Positions 28,564-38,542 of a stretch of DNA of 64,000 bases are shown piece after piece. The notes beneath the pieces were generated by a model. It had not been told where the DNA came from, did no database searches, and saw nothing but the letters and a program-made list of their open reading frames with translations. The DNA comes from Armatimonadota bacterium (GTDB lineage Bacteria > Armatimonadota > HRBIN16). The stretch is taken from positions 1,504,001 through 1,568,000 of the forward strand of contig OY781964.1 of assembly GCA_963677485.1 (NCBI GenBank). The letters run 5' to 3'. The translations under genes and the position numbers were made by a program. Position 1 is the first letter of the stretch, and the number at the start of each line of letters is the position of its first letter.

Positions 28564-29297
28564 CATCCGGCGGGTGGGCAGATGCGGTGATGGATCTGCT
28601 TTGCCCACCCCGTTGTGCCGCCTGCCGGTCTTTCGGAACCGGCCACTGGTGCGCCAGCTGCCAACCCCTCATCATTTGGAACAACAACCCCGTGTGCTCG
28701 CGTTGCGGTGCACCGGGCGGCATCCCCTGCGAAGCCTGCCTTACCCGTCCCCCCGCCGGAGCCATGCGCCGCTCAGCCTGTTTATACGCCGGCCCCGTGA
28801 GGCAGGCCATCGTGCAGATGAAGTATGCCAAACGCGACCGATGCGCAGTGGCTTTAGGCGAAGCGATGGCTGAGGCCTGGGTCTGGCCCTCGCTATTGCC
28901 TCTGCACGACGCGGAGCTGGTGATACCCATGCCCACCGGCCGCTGGCGCAGCTTCAGCCGGGGCTTCAACCAGGCGGAGGTGATCGCGGAGGCGTTTGCC
29001 AAACGTGTGGGGATGCCGTTGGAGTTGGGTCTGCTGCGCCGGCGAAGCTTTGGCAGCTCACAAACCCGCTTTGGGGCGTGGCAGCGGATGAGCAACATTC
29101 AGGGTGTGTTTTCCGTGCGTAAGCCGGAGCTGGTGCGGGGACGCAAGATATTATTAATTGACGATGTTTGGACCACCGGGGCGACGCTGAATGAGGCCAC
29201 CGAGGTGCTGATGAGTCACTGTGCCGAGTGCGTGTTCAGCTACACCGCCGCGTATGACGTGAACGCCCTCAGCCGCACCGCCGTCCTGGGCTGGTGA
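28560..29297 (+). CDS. comF: ComF family protein (zinc ribbon plus phosphoribosyltransferase domain)
   Basis: PPRCAAC...CASC, CSRC...CEAC, RGFNQAE, LLIDDVWTTGATL. Confidence 0.92.
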   Translation: MTSGGWADAVMDLLCPPRCAACRSFGTGHWCASCQPLIIWNNNPVCSRCGAPGGIPCEACLTRPPAGAMRRSACLYAGPVRQAIVQMKYAKRDRCAVALGEAMAEAWVWPSLLPLHDAELVIPMPTGRWRSFSRGFNQAEVIAEAFAKRVGMPLELGLLRRRSFGSSQTRFGAWQRMSNIQGVFSVRKPELVRGRKILLIDDVWTTGATLNEATEVLMSHCAECVFSYTAAYDVNALSRTAVLGW

Positions 29298-29317
29298 GGG
29301 GGGTGATTCGGGAACGA

Positions 29318-29730
29318 CTCACGCTGAGACGCGGAGGGCGCAGAGGGGTAATGACCGCGGGGGTATTTGTCTGAACCACGGATGACGCGGATTAACAGGA
29401 TTACATGGATGGGAACACTTAACGCAAGGACGCAAGGGTGCAAGGACGCAAAGGGGGTAATGACCCTGGGAACGCCATTCTCCTGAATGGCTCCCTACCC
29501 ATTCGTGTCAATTCGTGTGAATTCGTGGTTAATAAGTCCCGAATCAAAACCACGAAAGAACACAAATGGACACGAATATGGGCCCGCTGCAGATTGCATC
29601 TCCCTCTCCATCCGAGCCATCCATGCCATCCGTGAAATCCGTGGTTCAGCCAAGTGGCCCGGTCTGGCGGATAGCCCACGAAATGTAACGCAAAGGCGCA
29701 AAGGCGCAAAGGTGCAAGGACGCAAGTTAT
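29318..29730. repeat. Intergenic mosaic of short repeat modules
   Basis: Contains AACCACGGATGACGCGGAT, AACGCAAGGACGCAAG, ATTCGTGT..ATTCGTGGTT and CCGGTCTGGCGGATAGCC modules seen elsewhere in the window. Confidence 0.8.
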
Positions 29731-29861
29731 GTAACAGCGATGTCGACGTCAAGCTCCGTAGGGACGATGCCTTGTGTTCACCCATAATGGTGTTTCGATG
29801 AACGTCCCTGCCGCCGCCGTATTAGTTCCTTTGGCTCGACCGGTACTACCGGTTGGCATAC

Positions 29862-29890
29862 TTGACAACCATATCTGAAAAGGGTACAAA
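29862..29890 (+). promoter_or_regulatory. Putative sigma70 promoter
   Basis: TTGACA-17 nt-TACAAA upstream of the 30009 gene. Confidence 0.55.
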
Positions 29891-30008
29891 TAGCCTGAGC
29901 AGACTAGTCAAGCAAGCGTTCGCTAACCACTAAACCAACTCGCACAAAATGCCCAACGACGTTGGCAACTCACACCATGTGACTAATCGGGTAAAGGACT
30001 GAAACATT

Positions 30009-30527
30009 TTGAAAACAAAGATATGCAGAAACCATGTAAGGATTTCTCTCACTATCATTGGTGTTGCTTTAGCAATAGGACTTGTAGGTTTTATGGTCAA
30101 CAATATCTTGGATGCACATATTTATATAGAGCTTCCTGAAGATTATGTGATTTTCGAGACGGATTCCGGGGCCATATTGAGATATAAACCCGAGATCGTA
30201 GAGGCAAATGTAAAAGATCCGGAGATACGCACAATTGGCCCAAAAGTAGGAGGCTATCGAGTATATCATCAAGTGATAGTGGGACTGATTACACCGCGAA
30301 TGCGTGAACAGGAATACTTGAATTATGGTAGGTCCAACAATGAAGACAGGATGGGCTATTTCATAGTTGATCTGCATACAAAGAGTGTATATGGCAGTTT
30401 GAGTAAACGGGACTGGATGGCGAAGCTTAAAACATATGGGATCACTACGGAACCGGAACTTTTCGATCCTTCCTGGCGTGACGAGAAGCTTGGACGCAAC
30501 AAGCCACAAGCGAATGATGCACGATAA
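30009..30527 (+). CDS. Membrane-anchored hypothetical protein (DUF3997-like)
   Basis: N-terminal TM, IELPEDY, GYFIVDLHTKSVYGSLSKRDW..KL..YGI; TTG start after AAAGGA; AT-rich. Confidence 0.65.
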   Translation: MKTKICRNHVRISLTIIGVALAIGLVGFMVNNILDAHIYIELPEDYVIFETDSGAILRYKPEIVEANVKDPEIRTIGPKVGGYRVYHQVIVGLITPRMREQEYLNYGRSNNEDRMGYFIVDLHTKSVYGSLSKRDWMAKLKTYGITTEPELFDPSWRDEKLGRNKPQANDAR

Positions 30528-30634
30528 CTACGGCATCGACGCTCGCTATATGTTGACGGTAGTTAATAATGCCTTCAAGTGCAGGTCTGTCACCATCGAA
30601 GGCGGCATCCCATCCATTGCTTCGGTATATGCCG

Positions 30635-31062
30635 TAACCGCCGCATGGTGCCCACCGTCCGCTTCAGCGGACCGGTAATGGTCAGCGATGGGTGACGAGG
30701 CCCACTTTAGTGGGTTGATGGAACCCGTCGCCGATAGCGGTAGGCTTGATATCCGCAGTTCAGACAACAACCGTGCCGAACGCCAACCGACGAGGAAAAA
30801 GACCGGCGCGGTCTTGTGACCACAGTAGCCGCTAACCAGCTGCCAGACCGCCCCGGACATAGCCATTACGGTCGACCCATCCCCAAAATCCGTGGTTCAG
30901 ACAAATAACCGCCGCAGGGTGCCCATCGTCCGCTTCAGCGGACCGGTAATGATCAGCGATGGGTGACGAGGCCCACTTTAACCCGTCGCCGATAGCGGTA
31001 GGCTTGATATCCGTGGTTCAGACAACAACCGTGCCAAACGCCAACCGACGAGGAAAAAGACC
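30635..31062. repeat. Local direct duplication (30635-30804 and 30906-31062)
   Basis: Near-identical ~160-bp copies; the second lacks about 13 bp within the CCCACTTTAGTGGG palindrome. Confidence 0.9.
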
Positions 31063-31201
31063 TCTGCGCCTTTGCCCCTTTGCGTCTTTGCGTTGAATCC
31101 CATCCGAGTCATCCGTGGTTCAGACACACACCTGCACCGGTCTTAACCTCATCTGCGTAATCTGTGTAATCTGTGGATAACTCTCCCCATCCCCCGGCCG
31201 A

Positions 31202-33130
31202 CTACTGCCAGAACATGTAGGTGGGGATCTCGTGGATGATCCCAATGATGTTCACAATGCTACCCACGGTGAACTGCCCCAGCATCAGCCCATAGCACAG
31301 CGGCAGCAGCCGCTGGAAGCCCTGCAGACCGCCATACCGGAACACCACGCTTTTGACCATCCATGCGATGAACAGCGGCATCCAAACCAGGTTGATCTCC
31401 CAGTTTCCGCTGATGGCAAACCCCAGCGGGTGGAACGGCCACCAGGGGAAGGCCATGCGCATGCTTTGCAGTATCACCGCGATCAGCAGCCCCACACCCA
31501 GCGCGATGCCCGCCTTGGGGTTGGCTGGGGTGGGTGCTTGAACCCAGCCGTTCATGCGGTTCCAGGCCTCAAAGCCAAAAAACTTCGCAAACACCTTGGC
31601 GTTCATGCCGTAGTGATACCCCAGTTGCAGGATGGCGATGAAGGCGCAGAATATCGCCAGAACACCGGCGTAGATCATCGCCCAGAACCAGGCGCTCTGC
31701 TTGCTGTTGGTGCGCTGCGCCATCTTCATCGCTTCCATCTGGTGGGGCATGGGGTGCGCGCGGTAGGCCCTGTTGAAGCTGTACATAATGCTCATCGCGG
31801 CCAGGTCACTGCCTTTGTAGCCTGAACTGCCCGCCAAGTCGGTCATGATGTAGTCCGGCCCTGTAAAGTGGATGTCATGGATCGGTGTGCCCATCTCGGC
31901 CCGCATGCGGGTGATGGCCACTGCCAGCAGGAAGTAGATGCCAAAGAACACCGGCGGAACCCACCAGCTCATGCCCATGTAGAGGCACAGCAGCATCAAG
32001 CCCGCCGCCCCCAGCAGGGCACCGAGTAACGCCCAGCGGTATTTCAGAGGCTCCCTGCTCTCATCAAGGTCATTCTTGCGTCCGATGATGGCCTTCCCCA
32101 CCTGCTTCAGGTAGTGCCGGCTCAGCCAGATGCTATACAGGAAGAACGAGAGGTAGGCGCCCATGCCCTGGTAGTTGGCGTAGGGGAACCGTGGGTCTTT
32201 GTCGTAGCCGTAGGCCACCACGCCCACCTGCAGTAACTTCCAGTAGATATAGAAGAACCAGCAGGAGAACAGGAAATCCAACGGAAGCAGCATACCGAAC
32301 CCGATCATGAAGGGATACCAGCTTATGGGTGTCCAGCCGATGGCGTTCCAGGGCTTATTGGGGAAGTAGGGTAGGATATCCACATAGCTGAGCCCAAAGC
32401 CGGGCGTCAGCAGACCAGGGATGCTGGGGTAGTAGAGGTTCAGGCTGTTCGTGATGTCCATGATCGCCGCCGCGCCGAATGCCAGCCAGAAGGCCGGTTT
32501 TCGGAACATCGCGGGGAACTGACCACTACCCGCATCATCGGTCAGTGCCATCGGCAGCATCACCACGGGGAAGCTCAGCTTCTCGTTATCCATCCACTGT
32601 CGGCGCAGCAAGGCGTTCAGGCACTGCATCACCCACAGGATCAACCCCAAAAACAGGGTCCAAAACAAGATCACCGGCGCCCAGAGTTTCCAAAGCTGCA
32701 CGGTGGGGAACGCGGTGTTCCCCTGATAGAAGTTGGCCACCGCCACCGGGTCGGACATCATGACCTGTTTGGGCAGGAATGGCAGCCACCGAGCCCAATC
32801 GGGATGTGAGGACGGCATGTAGAAGGGGTAGGTCAGCACTTGGATCAAAATCTGCATCAGATCATGCGAGGCCATCACCGAGCTGAGCGCCATCATCATG
32901 TAGATCACCAGCAGCTCGCCCTGGTTCATTGCCCAACTGGGCCGTTTACGCGCCACCAGCGTGTTGATCACGCTGAGCACCAGCACGATGAAGATCACAT
33001 TGAACAGGATGGAGATGGTGGTGGGGTGCGCGGAATACCGCACAAGCTCCATTTGAATTACCCACCAGGCGTTCAGGGGCGTTAACAGAGTACCAACAAG
33101 AAGAGAGCGCCAAGTGACCGCTTTTTGCAT
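31202..33130 (-). CDS. Polytopic membrane protein, DUF6785/DUF6784-like (putative transporter)
   Basis: GELLVIY.M, LLRRQWMDNEKLSFP, RMRAEMG, FPWWPFHPLGF, WMVKSVVFRYGG. Confidence 0.75.
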   Translation of the reverse strand: MQKAVTWRSLLVGTLLTPLNAWWVIQMELVRYSAHPTTISILFNVIFIVLVLSVINTLVARKRPSWAMNQGELLVIYMMMALSSVMASHDLMQILIQVLTYPFYMPSSHPDWARWLPFLPKQVMMSDPVAVANFYQGNTAFPTVQLWKLWAPVILFWTLFLGLILWVMQCLNALLRRQWMDNEKLSFPVVMLPMALTDDAGSGQFPAMFRKPAFWLAFGAAAIMDITNSLNLYYPSIPGLLTPGFGLSYVDILPYFPNKPWNAIGWTPISWYPFMIGFGMLLPLDFLFSCWFFYIYWKLLQVGVVAYGYDKDPRFPYANYQGMGAYLSFFLYSIWLSRHYLKQVGKAIIGRKNDLDESREPLKYRWALLGALLGAAGLMLLCLYMGMSWWVPPVFFGIYFLLAVAITRMRAEMGTPIHDIHFTGPDYIMTDLAGSSGYKGSDLAAMSIMYSFNRAYRAHPMPHQMEAMKMAQRTNSKQSAWFWAMIYAGVLAIFCAFIAILQLGYHYGMNAKVFAKFFGFEAWNRMNGWVQAPTPANPKAGIALGVGLLIAVILQSMRMAFPWWPFHPLGFAISGNWEINLVWMPLFIAWMVKSVVFRYGGLQGFQRLLPLCYGLMLGQFTVGSIVNIIGIIHEIPTYMFWQ

Positions 33131-33349
33131 CTTCGAACTCCAATAAATTGTGCGACATATCTACCATAACCTGTTCGGCAGGTTTTCACAATGGAACGGG
33201 GCGTAAGAAACATCAGATGAGTAGGACGAGTAGGACGTGACCTATGCGCTTGACTATTCCTAGCCAAATAAGCCATATTAGGTATGGAACACCCCTTAGG
33301 CCTCTACGGCTCCGGCTGCAAGCTCAAATTGAGGGGTTCTTTTTTAGCC

Positions 33350-33628
33350 CCCCTGGCACGCCAGTCTCGCTTAACCTCCCCATCCGCGTTCATCCGCGGT
33401 TCACATCCGTCTCCCGGCACGCCATTCCCGCACTCGTCCTATCTCCCCATTCGTGTCTTTCGTGTCTATTCGTGGTTCAAATTCCCTCATCCCCTGGCAC
33501 GCCAGTCTCGCTTAACCTCCCCATCCGCGTCCATCCGCGTCTATCCGCGGTTCACATCCGTCTCCCGGCACGCCATTCCCGCACTCGTCCCATCTCCCAT
33601 TCGTGTCCTTCGTGTCCATTTGTGGTTC
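33350..33628. repeat. Tandem duplication of about 130-140 bp (33350-33478, 33491-33628)
   Basis: Both copies begin CCCCTGGCACGCCAGTCTCGCTTAACCTCCCCATCCGCGT. Confidence 0.9.
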
Positions 33629-33701
33629 GTTTTCCCTCCTCTCCTGCCTCCTTTCTCCCCAGCACTGGCATTACTAGACAGATTTGGGGTAAACTTGTGA
33701 C

Positions 33702-34646
33702 ATGCCATACTCTGTAGACGACAAAATCGTAATCGCGGTCTCCTCCCGCGCACTGTTCGACTTCCAGCGTGAAAACCTGGTGTTTGAGCTGGAAGGCGTG
33801 GAGTCGTATCGCAAATATCAGCAGGACCACCTGGACGAGGTGGCCGGCCCGGGTGTGGCCTTCCCACTGGTCAGCAAGCTGCTGCGCTTCAACAGCCCGC
33901 AACGGCGCCTTGTAGAGGTCATCGTGCTCAGCCGCAACGATCCGGTCAGCGGATTGCGCGTATTCCGCTCCGCCGAGGCACTGGAGATCGATGTGTCCCG
34001 CGGGATTTTCACGCGCGGAAACCCGCCGTTTGCGTATCTGCGCCCCTTCAATGCGGTGCTGTTTTTATCCGCTGAGCCGGGCGATGTGCGCGGGGCACTG
34101 GAGAACGGCTTCCCGGCGGCGACGGTCTACTCGCACCCGGGGACCAACCAGGACCCCAACCCCAACGAGCTGCGTATCGCGCTGGACGGCGACGGCGTGC
34201 TGTTTGACGACGCCAGCGAGTCGATATTCCAGAAACATGGCCTTGAGGAGTTCCAGCGTAACGAGCAGAAGAATGCCGACAGCCCCATGAACCCGGGCCC
34301 GTTTCTGCCCTTCATGAAGGCTTTACGATCGCTTCAGGATGCGGCCGAAGAGGACCGTCAGATCAGCATCCGCACGATGTTGATCACAGCACGGAATGCG
34401 CCTTCTCACGAGAGGGCGATCCGAACGCTGATGGATATGAAAATCGAGGTGGATGAGGCGGCTTTCCTTGGCGGCCTTGGGAAAATGGACTTCTTGCGGG
34501 AATTCCAACCCGATTTCTATTTTGATGACCAGCGGTGTTATACAGACGCCGCCTCAAGGGTCACTGCCAGTGGACATGTGCCTTTCGGAGCCGTGAATGC
34601 CCGAGTTCCAAAGGAGAAAAAGAAGAGCAATGATACGGTTTCCTAA
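33702..34646 (+). CDS. 5'-nucleotidase (cytosolic cN-I type)
   Basis: AVSSRALFD, LSRNDP.SGLRVF, LRIALDGDGVLF, TARNAPSHERAIRTL, FDDQ. Confidence 0.92.
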   Translation: MPYSVDDKIVIAVSSRALFDFQRENLVFELEGVESYRKYQQDHLDEVAGPGVAFPLVSKLLRFNSPQRRLVEVIVLSRNDPVSGLRVFRSAEALEIDVSRGIFTRGNPPFAYLRPFNAVLFLSAEPGDVRGALENGFPAATVYSHPGTNQDPNPNELRIALDGDGVLFDDASESIFQKHGLEEFQRNEQKNADSPMNPGPFLPFMKALRSLQDAAEEDRQISIRTMLITARNAPSHERAIRTLMDMKIEVDEAAFLGGLGKMDFLREFQPDFYFDDQRCYTDAASRVTASGHVPFGAVNARVPKEKKKSNDTVS

Positions 34647-34956
34647 ATGGCGATGGGGTATCAGTCTGGCTCTGCTCGTGGCGATACTGCTATTAACAGG
34701 ATGCTCCACAATCAACATCGAGGGCACCTGGCGAAGTGGTGATATCGACTCTGGTAGTTACTGGGAGTTTCGGCCTGACGGTAAAATGCAGGTCACCTCT
34801 GGCCTGATAGTGTTAAAAGGCAGCTACACCCTCAACGGGCATAAACTTAACACCAGCCAAGATCGTCAAATAGTGTATGATGTCACTTTGCACGATGATG
34901 AATTGACTCTTCAGAACGATGGGGATTCGATCGTTCTTTACCGGGTAAAGGAGTAA
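34630..34956 (+). CDS. Small lipoprotein (DUF5640/lipocalin-like)
   Basis: Lipobox LLTGC, then IEGTW...WEFRPDG...GSYTLNGHKL; overlaps the upstream gene. Confidence 0.7.
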   Translation: MIRFPKWRWGISLALLVAILLLTGCSTINIEGTWRSGDIDSGSYWEFRPDGKMQVTSGLIVLKGSYTLNGHKLNTSQDRQIVYDVTLHDDELTLQNDGDSIVLYRVKE

Positions 34957-34962
34957 TCCTGA

Positions 34963-35301
34963 ATGGAAAAGAAGAATACGTCCGTTGTTGTTGCACTGAG
35001 TGCGGCCATAGTTTGTGTGGCAGTAGTGCGTCGTTTGATGCAGCCCAAGATCGTGGGCCGATGGGAAGAGCTGACCGAGCCCCGCCCCACGATGTGGCAT
35101 TTTCGAAGCAGCGGCACACTAGAACTCACCCGCTGGCCCTGGTGGGTGGTGATGAAATACACGGTTCGAAACAATACAGTATGCATCACCAACACGGATG
35201 GTTCCTCGCACACTTATTTGTGGCGGCTTGAAGACGACCGTCTTATTTTGAGCGGCAGCGAGCAGAGCATCGTGTTATACCGTTATGTGGATGAAGCCTA
35301 A
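34963..35301 (+). CDS. Small membrane-anchored protein, paralog-like of the upstream lipoprotein
   Basis: IVGRW...WHFRSSG...YTV...LEDDRLIL...SIVLYR matches LHDDELTL...SIVLYR of the previous gene. Confidence 0.65.
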   Translation: MEKKNTSVVVALSAAIVCVAVVRRLMQPKIVGRWEELTEPRPTMWHFRSSGTLELTRWPWWVVMKYTVRNNTVCITNTDGSSHTYLWRLEDDRLILSGSEQSIVLYRYVDEA

Positions 35302-35517
35302 ACCTCACCCTCTCTGCCCTGTTACGCCTTAGTTTGGTTCTGATCGCTTCAGTTGCGCTTCCTTCATATCTGTGTTGATGTCGACACTTCCATGTACTGT
35401 GATCTTTGATAGAACGGTTTATTGATCTCTATCGTGCGGTAATCCATCTGGTCTGATTGCAGCGTGTAGCCTATTACCGTATCATGTATCCAAACTGCTA
35501 TTCACAGGAGTATCATC

Positions 35518-36648
35518 GTGCAGGATTCGCTACACACCATCGTGGAGGCTCTGCGCCGCGATTTCATACTGGCAGAGGGGGTTCATGCTGGTGACCGCCT
35601 GCCCGCCGTGCGTGAGTTGGTGGATCGCTACAGCGCGTCGGCTACGACTGTCGTGAATGCCCTGAGTGTGCTTCAGCGTGAAGGGGCCGTGGTGAAGATC
35701 AGCCGGGTGGGCGTGTTTGTGGCCGATTACGTCAAGCCGGTCAACCAGATCAGGCGCATGGGGCTGGTGCTGCAGATTGACGGGGCGGAGATATCTGTGC
35801 AATCGCAAACCGGTGTGCAGATCGCCTGTCAGGCGAAAGGCTGGTCGCTGGAGGTCTCATCAAGTGGCAACAATGTGGTGAGGGAGCGGCAGATCGTGCA
35901 TCGCATGGTGAAATCGGGATGTGAGACGATCGTCGTCTACCCCGCGCTGCGGACTGCCGAGGCGCTGCGTAATGATTACCTGGGCAGGGAACTGCGCGAC
36001 TTTCCCATCGTGCTGGTGGACGTCGCCTACCGAGAGCAAAAGCGTCCTTCGGTGGTGTTTGACAACTACCATGCCGGGTACGATATGACCAAGCTGTTGA
36101 TACAAAAAGGCCACACACGGATCGCGTTTCAAAGGTGCGGTATCGCACCCAGCGATCCGATGTTGAAATCAAATGTCGACCGGTATCAGGGCTACCTTGA
36201 TGCGCTGAAGCAGAACGGGCTGGCGGTCAGTGCCAATGCCGAGATCAGCATTCCTAACTGGGACCAGGTCGATCCGCTGCTGTTTGAACGAATCATGAAA
36301 CGCTGGATGATGAACCCAAACCGCCCGACTGTGATTATCGCCGTGGCGGACTATTGGGCCATGCGGCTGGCAGACCAGGCCCGGGCGTTTGGAATTCGGG
36401 TGCCCGAAGATTTCGAGGTGGTGGGATTTGATAACTCCCAGATCGGAGGAAATCCGACCTTCCCCATGCTTACCAGCCACCCGGACTTCTCGCGCGCCGG
36501 ACAGATCGGCGCAGAGATGGCCATGAACCTGGCCAACGGCACCATTCTGGACAGTGACCGATATATGCTGCCCGCCACCATCGACACCTGGCACCGCATT
36601 GAACCGGAAGTCATCGGCAACTTTGAGGTGGTCAGCAGTTACCTATAA
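35518..36648 (+). CDS. GntR-HTH/LacI sugar-binding fusion transcriptional regulator (AraR-like)
   Basis: GDRLPAVRELVDRY.AS..TV..AL..L..EG; FDNYHAGY, GHTRIAF, RYQGY, VPEDFEVVGFD. Confidence 0.9.
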   Translation: MQDSLHTIVEALRRDFILAEGVHAGDRLPAVRELVDRYSASATTVVNALSVLQREGAVVKISRVGVFVADYVKPVNQIRRMGLVLQIDGAEISVQSQTGVQIACQAKGWSLEVSSSGNNVVRERQIVHRMVKSGCETIVVYPALRTAEALRNDYLGRELRDFPIVLVDVAYREQKRPSVVFDNYHAGYDMTKLLIQKGHTRIAFQRCGIAPSDPMLKSNVDRYQGYLDALKQNGLAVSANAEISIPNWDQVDPLLFERIMKRWMMNPNRPTVIIAVADYWAMRLADQARAFGIRVPEDFEVVGFDNSQIGGNPTFPMLTSHPDFSRAGQIGAEMAMNLANGTILDSDRYMLPATIDTWHRIEPEVIGNFEVVSSYL

Positions 36649-36765
36649 GGTAGGCTGAGGTGGGAATGCCATCTCGGGCTGACATCTTACATATCTTGGC
36701 GGCTTTCAAAAGGCAGCCATCAATCAAAATGGACGATAAATCGATAATACGGGAGAACAGAACTC

Positions 36766-38301
36766 ATGAGACTCAACCGAGATGACTACCGTGATAAGGT
36801 ACTGGGATGCTGGCTTGGCAAGAACATAGGCGGCACATTAGGCGCACCGATGGAGTGGCGCAGGCAGCTCAACGATGTTAGCTTCTACACTCAGGATCTG
36901 GGTGGTGAACCGCTGCCAAACGACGACCTGGACATCCAACTTCTGTGGCTTCGGGCCATGGAGGAGAAGGGCATCGACATCGATGCACAGATACTGGCCG
37001 ACTACTGGTGCCTGTATGTCACCCCTCACTGGTGTGAGTATGGCACCGGCAAGATTAACATGCGCCAGGGGATGCTTCCCCCCATCTGCGGCAGCTACAA
37101 GAACGCCTACAAGCACAGTTGCGGCGCCTTCATCCGCAGCGAAATCTGGGCGTGTATCTGCCCTGGCCGTCCCGACCTGGCGGCGAAATACTGCTACGAA
37201 GATGCCATTCTAGACCACGGCGACGGTGAAGGCACCTACGCCGAGGTATTCGTGGGGGCCCTGGAGGCCGCCGCGTTTGTGGTGGACGACCTGCGCAAGC
37301 TGATTGAGATCGGCCTGAGCTACATCCCCGCCGAATGCGAAACCGCCAAGGCGGTGGCCACCGCGATTGAGGCCGCCGATAAGGGCATGGACTGGGTCGA
37401 GGCACGTGACCTGATCCTCGAGCGTCACCGCGGTGGGGCCTTCTTCCGGATGAACTCGCTGATCAGCGAGCGTGACCAGGCGAAGGGTTTCCATGAGGGC
37501 GATCTGGGCTTCGATGTGCCCAGCAATATCGGCATGACGGTATTGGGTCTGCTGTTGGGCGGCCACGACTTCGACAAGATGCTCTGCACCACCGTCAACT
37601 GCGGCGAAGATACCGACTGCACCGGCGCCACCGCAGGCAGCATCTATGGCATTATCCATGGAGCAAAAAGCATCCCTGAGCGCTGGATTGAGCCCATCGG
37701 ACGCAACATTAGAGTGGCCTGCCTGAACGTAGGCGAACTGGGTGGCATGCAGGCCGCGGAGCTTCCGCTGGACGTGGATAGCCTGACTGACCGCACGGAG
37801 AAGCTGGCCTGTCAGGTGAGTTTACGACGCGCGGGTATGGACATTTGGAGCACCGAACCCACCGATTTGGCCGATGTCAACCCCGCGGCCTTGATGTGCC
37901 GCGACGGTGGAGCCTCGCTTTACAACGCACTGCGCGGACCGAAGTTTGAGTTCTCTGACTTCACCTTCTACCTCGACTACGTGGGCGGTCCTGAGATCCG
38001 CGATGGCGAACCCAAGACAGTCAGGGTAACCATTCAGAACACCTACAAGGTGCAGTCCAACCTGAGCCTGCATTGGTATCTGGCGGAAGGCTGGGAGGTT
38101 TCGCCATCTACCGATGGGTATGTGATGAGCCTTCATGCCTCCATCGGGTATCCGCAGGTGCTCACATTCCAGTTCACCGCACCGAAGGTGACTCGCAGCC
38201 TGAGCCGCGCCGCGCTGGAGGTGAGTGTGGAAGGGCGTCCCACCGTGATGCTCATCCCGCTGCAGTTCGTCAACGGCAACATGCAAAGCATCGACGGGTA
38301 G
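36766..38301 (+). CDS. ADP-ribosylglycohydrolase family protein with C-terminal Ig-like extension
   Basis: GKNIGGTLGAPME, PNDDLD, GAFIRSE, GEDTDCTGATAGS. Confidence 0.88.
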   Translation: MRLNRDDYRDKVLGCWLGKNIGGTLGAPMEWRRQLNDVSFYTQDLGGEPLPNDDLDIQLLWLRAMEEKGIDIDAQILADYWCLYVTPHWCEYGTGKINMRQGMLPPICGSYKNAYKHSCGAFIRSEIWACICPGRPDLAAKYCYEDAILDHGDGEGTYAEVFVGALEAAAFVVDDLRKLIEIGLSYIPAECETAKAVATAIEAADKGMDWVEARDLILERHRGGAFFRMNSLISERDQAKGFHEGDLGFDVPSNIGMTVLGLLLGGHDFDKMLCTTVNCGEDTDCTGATAGSIYGIIHGAKSIPERWIEPIGRNIRVACLNVGELGGMQAAELPLDVDSLTDRTEKLACQVSLRRAGMDIWSTEPTDLADVNPAALMCRDGGASLYNALRGPKFEFSDFTFYLDYVGGPEIRDGEPKTVRVTIQNTYKVQSNLSLHWYLAEGWEVSPSTDGYVMSLHASIGYPQVLTFQFTAPKVTRSLSRAALEVSVEGRPTVMLIPLQFVNGNMQSIDG

Positions 38302-38542
38302 CATGTAGGGATTGCCTCACGCGGAGGCGCGGAGGTAGCGGAGGAATGACCGCGCCGGGTTGTCAGCGCACACAAGCGGTGTGCAGATGTTATCCGGCGC
38401 GGTCTGATTCCACATGGGCGGTGATTGCGGAACAAGCTCCGTCTCACGCGAAGCCGCGAAGACGCGAAAGGTGGGAATGAATGATCGGCAGACTATCGGT
38501 ATATGCTGAAACCAACGACCCAGCGAAATGCAGGTTAACTAG

